This document shows, piece by piece, positions 56,302 to 64,000 of a stretch of DNA of 64,000 nucleotides (positions are counted from its first letter, which is position 1; the number at the start of each line of letters is the position of its first letter). The position numbers and the translations under genes are program-made. The notes beneath the pieces were generated by a model. It was not told the DNA's origin. It worked only from the letters and a program-made list of their open reading frames with translations, and did not search any database. Origin of the DNA: Octopus vulgaris (taxonomy: Eukaryota); the NCBI GenBank assembly GCA_951406725.2, contig OX597822.1, forward strand, positions 80,786,001 to 80,850,000, read 5' to 3'.

Positions 56302-56539
56302 GTAAATACTCAGAACATTGTACTACATTTTTAAAAATCCGATGAAGCTATAAGGCGATACACAAGCACTCAGATATGAGTGCATTGCATCTTAGAGCAG
56401 AAACAGCTGTAAGCCACTGAAGTTCATGACAAGATTTTCATTTTCTTTTGTCCTTTTAATTTCTGATTACTGCTCTGTACTCGACTGACGCTTTCTACTG
56501 AGCAATAAGCATAGTGAGGTCTGGTAGCAGGTTATCAAT

Positions 56540-56852
56540 ATCGCTATACTTAAGAAAGTTCCCGGTTTTTGTAAATGTATATTTGAGTTGGTGTGTTGGT
56601 TGAGCTGTTGATGCATACACTCAAGTGGGGACATCTATTCTGATAAGAATCTCAGATGAAGATCTTTGAAACTGTCTTATAAATCTCCATGGTCGATGGG
56701 AATTCGAGAATCGACGTCAGTTTCTTTTGGTCTTTCTCCGTAAAACGAAGTACTTCTAGGTTTTTCCCCACTTTAGGGACAGAACCTAATGCACCTATGC
56801 TGATTGGTACAAATGACGATTTAGAGTCAGGATACAAGAGATCTGAGTATGA
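56540..56852 (-). mobile_element. 3' fragment of a second RLE-type LINE beside (TA)n
   Basis: YSDLLYPD..FVPISIGALGSVPK..IYKTVSKIF resembles the RLE C-terminal IPIIVGALG motif seen at ~12000. Confidence 0.55.
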
Positions 56853-56926
<74 letters not shown>

Positions 56927-57342
56927 GTCTATGTATATGTAACAGTTTGGCTTCAACTACCCAACATAGCGCGCAGTGGGACTGAACCCAAAACCATGTT
57001 TTCAAAATGAGCTCTTTAACCACACTGCCATGCTAGGACTGTAATGAATTTGGGGCAATGGTGATAATTTTGCTTTCCAATCTTTATTAAATTCGGCACA
57101 AAAAATGAACGGCAGCTATGATTTGACATCGTTTCACACCTCAACGACAGCCATTTAATTAATATATCCTGTATTGGCGTTTACTTAGTATATAGGAGGA
57201 CGTCAGGGACAAAGAAAGTAGTTACGTATCCAAGGATCAAAGCAAATCATCCATATGCAGTTTATAGTTTAACTGAAGAAACGAAGCGACTTGATAGTTG
57301 AGTAGAAATATTCAATTATTTTCTTCAGACACACGCAGTAGA

Positions 57343-57529
57343 ATATAGTGTATATATACAACGGGAAGAATAATAGAACTGTGAATGGCTCTGCACACAT
57401 ACACACATACACACATACGTGCACACACTCTGTCTCTGATAATATCTATCTATGAATCTATATATGTATGTGTAAGTGTCTGTGTGTACATATAAATATA
57501 TATACATATATATATATGTGCATATATAC

Positions 57530-57562
<33 letters not shown>

Positions 57563-57742
57563 TGTATATATGCACATATATATATATGTATATATATTTA
57601 TATGTACACACAGACACATACACATACATATATAGATTCATAGATAGATATTATCAGAGACAGAGTGTGTGCACGTATGTGTGTATGTGTGTATGTGTGC
57701 AGAGCCATTCACAGTTCTATTATTCTTCCCGTTGTATATATA

Positions 57743-57750
<8 letters not shown>
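57343..57750. repeat. Large inverted duplication centred on (TA)n
   Basis: ~190-bp arms; one clear mismatch (gtaagtgtc vs gtatgtgtc); followed by (TA)n. Confidence 0.95.
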
Positions 57751-57791
<41 letters not shown>

Positions 57792-57911
57792 CATATATAC
57801 ATATTTGTGTGTGTATGTGTGTGCGTATATTGAGCCCGCTGAGTTTTAAGTAACGTGGGGCCGAATCAAACTGCTTTAAATAGAAAAAAAAAATAATAAT
57901 AATAATAATAA

Positions 57912-58015
57912 TTTTTTCTACTCTAAGCACAAGGCCCACAATTTTGGGGGAGGTGGCCAGTCGATTAGATTGACCCCAGTACACAACTGGCACTTAATTT
58001 ATCGATCCCGAAAGG
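57912..58015 (-). mobile_element. SINE family A 3' part
   Basis: ttgaccccagtacacaactggcacttaatttatcgatcccgaaagg. Confidence 0.75.
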
Positions 58016-58479
58016 TGTCGATAAATTGAGTATATATATATATATATAAGCACTCAGAAACTGACAAACACACGTATACATACATACATACATACATACA
58101 TACATACATACATACATACACACATATTATTTCGGATCATTAGAGTTATTCCTAGAATTGAAACAATTCTATTTTTCAAACTATTTGTTGAAATCTCCTC
58201 TGATTTTGATTAGGTTGATCTCTGACCATAATTGTGAGTTTTGTTCTTCTTAGATATGTCAATTGTTCCGTTATAGTAACAGAGCGGGTTGGAGCTTGGC
58301 TTTTTCTTCATGAAAGTAACAAGCGAATGACCAAGATAGAAGAAAAAACATTGATGAATAGATGAAATGGTAGGATAGACCAGTAGATAGCTTGGTCAGA
58401 ACTCTCTTACTCGAGAGGGTGGGGCACAGCAGTAGAAAAAGACTAATTGTGCTTTAGAAATACACATCGAATGTTCAAG

Positions 58480-58691
58480 AAAGAAAGAAAAACAGAATGA
58501 AACATGTAGATAAGAAAAAACAAAGAAAGAAAGAAATAAAGGATAAATGAATGAATCATTGGATGAATGAAGAGAAGAAAGGGAGGATGAACCACATCGA
58601 ATGTGCAAGAAGGAAAATAAAGCATCTAAAAATAATGAAATATGTAGACATGAAAATGAAAGAAAGAAAGAAGAGAGAAAGGAGAGAAGAA

Positions 58692-58749
<58 letters not shown>

Positions 58750-59210
58750 AGGAAAGAAAGAATGAAACAATAAATGAATGAGTAAAGAGATAATAAGTAG
58801 GGAGAAAGAACGAAAATGAAAGGAAGAAGATGTGAGGAAGGCAGAAGAGAAAAAGAGAAATCTGGAAGAAAGAAATTACAAATGATGGAATGAGTGAATG
58901 AAGAGAAGGAAGAAAGGAAGCGAGAAAAGAACAAAACCGAAGGAGCGAAGAAGCGAGTGAACAAAAGAGAAAGAAAGAAAGGAAGGCAGATAGATCGGAA
59001 GAAAGAAAGGGAAGTAGAAAATCAAAATAAAAGACAAAAACAAAAGGGGAAAAAAAGCAGAAAAGGAAAGAGAGAAAAAGGTGGAAGTAGGAACGATAGA
59101 GTAGAAAGATGGAAAATGAAAGAAACGACAAGAGAAAACTAAAACAAAAGCAAGAAGAAACGAAGAAAAAAAGGAAGAAATTTATGTGATGTAAATGAAT
59201 AGAAGGGAGA
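58480..59210. repeat. Purine-rich low-complexity tract with (GAAA)n core
   Basis: Read directly. Confidence 0.85.
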
Positions 59211-59422
59211 ATTTGATTGCTTGGGGACATGAGAAATAGATCGAAATAATTGAATACATTGTAGATTGAGTGAAGAGTAAATGGGGAAAATATATTGGAG
59301 AAAAAAATGATAAGAAACGATCAGAGTCCAATTAAACGAAACAGAAGAATGGAAGAATTTCTCTTGAACGACTAAAATAGGCTTTGGTAAGAACTCACTC
59401 GAAACTATTACTCTTTCTCTTA

Positions 59423-59458
<36 letters not shown>

Positions 59459-59660
59459 CTCTCTCATTCTCTCTGTCTGTCTGTCTCTCTCTCTCATTCT
59501 TTTATTGCCTTTGAATTTGTCTCTTTCTATGGTTTCCTTTTTTCTCTCAATCACTGTTCCTACATACATACACACCCATAAACATATATATACATAATCT
59601 ATATATAAATACATGTATATGTTTCGATGTATATATATAAACGCATGTATGTACATATAT

Positions 59661-59752
<92 letters not shown>

Positions 59753-59861
59753 GTGTGTGTGTTTCGTGTGTGTGTGTGTTTCGTGTGTGTGTGTATACAT
59801 ATATATATAATTATACACACATACGTACATATCTATGTATAAATACGTACATTTATATCGG

Positions 59862-60220
59862 GTACACCGTCGGTAACGACGACGAGGGTTCCAGTTGATT
59901 CGATCAACGGAACAGCATGCTCATGAAATTAACGTGCAAGTGGCTGAGCACTCCACAGACACGTGTACCTTCCACGTAGTACTCGGGGAGATTCAGCATG
60001 ACAGTGTGACAAGGCTGTCCCTTTGAAATACAGGTTCAACAGAAAGAGGAAGAAAGAGTGAGAGAAACTTGTGGTGAAAGAGTACAGCAGGGTTCGCTAC
60101 CACTCCATGTGGAGCTTTTAGGTATTTTCGCTCAATAAACACTCAAAACGTCCGGTCTGGGAATCGAAACCGCGATCCCACGATCTCGAGTCCGCTGCCC
60201 TAACTACTGGGCCATTGCGG
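59862..60220 (-). mobile_element. SINE family C, full length
   Basis: Reverse complement of the 19865-20243 type; ends gccctaactactgggccattgcg. Confidence 0.88.
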
Positions 60221-60470
60221 CGCCACACATTCATATATTCATATATACAAGTGTGTGTGTGTATAAGCACGTCCATTCACATATACGTATGTGTGTGTGT
60301 GTGTATTTGTGTGTGTCTGTATGCTTGTCTATGTGGGTGTGTATGCGTTTGTGTTGATATGTCCATTCTCGTTCAAGTCATTGTCTTCATTGTTATTCCG
60401 GTGGGTTCTCTGTACGCTCTGCATTTCTCTGTATTTCTCAGTCACACACACAAACACACACACACACGCA

Positions 60471-60524
<54 letters not shown>

Positions 60525-61297
60525 TGCACAATCACAAAAACATACTCTCACACACACATTCACTCATATACACATGCGTATCTATATATAAATATACATA
60601 TATATATAAACATACATATATGTATATTTGTATATATGCATATGAAATATATATATCATATATACGCACGCACACACACACACACATCATAGCATTTAAA
60701 CGCAAAATCTCAGATATATATGCTGTCATAAAAACACGCCTTCTCATATATCCGTTTCCTTCATGTCAATTATTGTCTCATATATCTCGTTTATCTGTTC
60801 GTACTTCGCGACCTTTCTGTCTCCTTCTCTTCCCATCTTTGTCTTTCTCTGTTCTCCTCTCCTTTTACCTTCTCCCTCTTATTTCCATCTCCCGCTATTT
60901 CTTCTCACCGTCTCTCTTCCTCCCTCCCTCCTCCCTTTCTCTATATGTATGTATAAAGCTAAAATCTGTTGTTCTATTGTTTTAGTGATTGTTTAAAGAA
61001 GCACTTTAAACCGGTGCCCATGCAGGGGCAACTTTCAGAATTCTAGTTGAATACACACAGGCCAATGTGCGTATTGTAAGCCTGGTATTGATTCAATCTA
61101 ACATTATTGTCGATCGACTTGTGTACGGAACGTAAACAAACCAAAGTCGGTTGTCAAACTGTAGACGCAAGAGTGCGAAGTGAAATATACGAAAAGAAAA
61201 CTCACTCATACACATATACAGCACACACACGCGCATGCACGCACTAACACCCCCCACACACACACACACATCGGTATATATTGTATACATATATATT

Positions 61298-61530
61298 TGC
61301 GCAGGAGTGGCTGTGTGGTAGGAAGCTTGCTTACCCGGCCACATGGTTCCGTGTTCAGTCCCACTGGGCAGGTGTGTTCTACTATAGCCTCACTCTTTCA
61401 CCACAACTTTCTCTCACTCTTTCTTCCACTTTCTGTTGTACCAGTATTTCGCAGGGCCAGCCTTGTCATATTCTGTATCACGCTGAATCACCCCTAGAAC
61501 TACGTTAAGGGTACACGTTAATATCACGTT
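61298..61530 (+). mobile_element. Chimeric SINE: family B head fused to family C body
   Basis: gcgcaggagtggctgtgtgg..ctactatagcctc then actctttcaccacaactttctctcac..gaactacgttaagggtacacg. Confidence 0.75.
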
Positions 61531-62367
61531 AATTTCGGATTGCTCCAATCTGGCCAGCCCCAAGGAAAAAAATAAGCTAAGAGCATTACATTCCTTGGGA
61601 TAAAAGCAGCGAATGTATACGAAAACAAGGGCAGAAAAAACAAAAAATGTTACACAAATACAAATAACAGGACATAACAACAGGTGTCTTTCGACTAAGA
61701 ACGAATTAAATTAAGCTGGAGTGTGTGGAAGTAAAGCCTTACGGCAAGGACATTAGTGATGACAGGCATAGGAAGGAATATAGATGTTGCACGAACAGTA
61801 ATCCAACCAAGAAAGAAAGGTAAGGCCTGGCCGAACACCGGTCACGTGGGGAGAGAAGAGAAAGATGTAGAGGGAGAGGGATAGAAGGATTAAGGAGGGG
61901 CGAGACAACAATGAAAGCGACACAGTAAAGTGAAAGAGGGAAAGTGAGCATGAAGAGAAAGCCAGGAAATGTGAGACGGGAAACGAAAGAACGAAGAGTG
62001 GAATGAACGAAGTGTGAAAGGGCTGCTAGAAAGAAGGAAATAAGGAAAGAATACAAGGAAAATAGAGTCGTACAAAATTTAGATATATATATATATATAT
62101 ATGAGACCAAAGTGTACGTACGCCGCTATATTTTAAATATAAAAAATACAAAAAATGGGACGAGAACGCAGAACATCCAGACAGTTAGGTGAAACAAAAA
62201 AGGGACAACAAAATATCGAGACATACGATACAAGGAAAACAAGGACGGATAATTCGGAGTTTTCTATCCTCAGTCGAGTTCCAGATTATCTTTGCAATTT
62301 CGGCTGATTATACTCGGGATTACTCCAATCTGGCCAGACCCAAGGAAGAAATAAGCTAAGACCATTA
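61531..62367. mobile_element. Unclassified element with ~50-bp direct repeats (possible Penelope pLTR remnant)
   Basis: ggattRctccaatctggccagMcccaaggaaRaaataagctaagaScatta at 61537-61588 and 62317-62367. Confidence 0.45.
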
Positions 62368-62410
62368 GTAATAATAATAATGATAATAATAATAATAATA
62401 ATAATAACGG

Positions 62411-62460
<50 letters not shown>

Positions 62461-63190
62461 GTATGGTGGTGGTGGTGGTGGTGGTGGTGGTGGTGGTGGT
62501 GGTGTGGTGGTGATAATAATAAGGAAGCAATAAGGCAACAAAAATGAAAAAGATAAAGAAAGAGAAAACCTGTGAATCTATAATCACCACCTCTCTGCTT
62601 TCAGTCACGTAAACAAGCCGTCCTTTGTCATATGGAATTGGTTTTTGCATTAATGTATTGTATTACACATCTATCAGATTTATGTACAAACATGCCTTAC
62701 ACGACACAGAAGCACCACACACACACACACATACACACACACACATCTTGTATGTGTTTATATGCATGTATATATATATATATGCATAATATATGTTAGT
62801 ATGTAAAGGTGGATGTGTGCTTCCCTCTCTCTTTCTTTCTTTCCCTCCCTTTCTCTTTGTCTCTCACTGTATGTACTTCCGTGCGTACTAGATGCCCCTT
62901 TTCCCCTTTCGGTTTCGCAAACTGACACAGACTCTCACATTTATATAATGTACATTGATGTATGTATGCATGTACGTTTGTATCTATTTAGGTCAATGTT
63001 CATACGAACACATGTAACCATATGCATAACAGTATACACACATGTGCACATACACGAACAGATATATACAAATAACGTACACACACATATGCATGTATAT
63101 ATGTTTATGTATGCATATAGGAATATACATATAAATATACATTCTCGTAAAGAATAATAATGGTATTTTTATATAAGCTTAATGCTTGTA

Positions 63191-63699
63191 GGGATCACCG
63201 TGCAATAACTAAGGAAAAATAGTCCAATAATGGGGCATATAAGACCTCGACAGAAAAAAAGAAAGCTTTCCTATACGCGAGGGACACGAACCCACATCCC
63301 TTTGTTAACGCGACAAAGTGTGTTAACTATACACCAGCGAATTAACCTCCCCGTTTCTGTCAATTATATATTTCTTTACTACCCACAAGGGGCTAAACAC
63401 AGAGGGGACAAATAAGGACAGACAAAGGGATTAAGTCGATTACATCGACCCCACTGCGTAACTGGTACTTAATTCATCGGCCCCGAATGGATGAAAGGCA
63501 AAGTCGACCTCGGCGGAATTTGAACTCGGAACGTAGCGACTGACGAAATACGGCTACGCATTTCGCCCGACGTGCTAACGTTTCTGCCAGCTAAGAACTA
63601 TATTATTTCGTATTTGTTTAGGGAAGCCTTCTTTTTTCTGTCGGGGTTTTACGTGCCCCATTATTAAACTGTTTTCCTTCGTCGTTGCACGGTGATCGT
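63191..63699. mobile_element. MITE-like element with ~80-bp diverged TIRs
   Basis: gatcaccgtgcaa..taatggggca..cgacagaaaaaa pairs with ttttttctgtcg..tgccccatta..ttgcacggtgatc. Confidence 0.75.
63369..63592 (-). mobile_element. Young family A SINE nested in the MITE
   Basis: Close match to the reverse complement of 53194-53420. Confidence 0.9.
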
Positions 63700-64000
63700 C
63701 AGAAATTGTAAAACACGGCACCGTATAACAAAACGATTCGCACCCAAAGCATATATACACTTGTATATATACACGTATATTCATATACATATACACACAC
63801 ATATATGCAGATATACATACACACACATACATATAGACAGACATGCACACATAGGCACATATCCTCGTATGTTGATACCAGTATCAGCACAATATAATAC
63901 ACAAGAGCATTTATGTTGTGTGGGAGGGGAGCGTGTGTGTGTGTGTGTGGCGTGTGCATATGCAAAATATCTAATCAAGTATAACATACATATAAGCATT

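Noticed and set aside
58396-59230. Long F/S/L-rich and K/R/E-rich ORFs
   Set aside because: Purine-rich low-complexity DNA

Overview
AT-rich, microsatellite-saturated animal DNA; the SINE and LINE families look like octopus (coleoid cephalopod), which is an inference from recalled repeat sequences. I found no host protein-coding exon, and nearly all ORF-track entries are translations of (TA)n/(CA)n/(TACA)n/(AAT)n tracts. The window consists mostly of decayed transposons: several Tc1/mariner remnants (a full-length dead mariner, two maT/DD37D-like copies, a mariner MITE with two 5' ends), a young 5'-truncated CR1-type LINE, an R4/Dong RLE LINE in (TAA)n, RTE and Penelope fragments, many tRNA-derived SINEs of about four families, MITEs and a tRNA-Asn pseudogene. 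Three patterns stand out. (1) Short elements in or beside microsatellites carry hammerhead-ribozyme motifs, including a complete type I hammerhead inside a 64-bp-arm foldback at 13610-13809. (2) There are three large inverted duplications; two are centred on (TA)n and one has template-switch microhomologies. (3) SINE copies are repeatedly joined head-to-tail at the same nucleotide, and SINE heads and tails are swapped between families. Boundaries of degraded repeats are approximate, and family names come from memory, not database searches.
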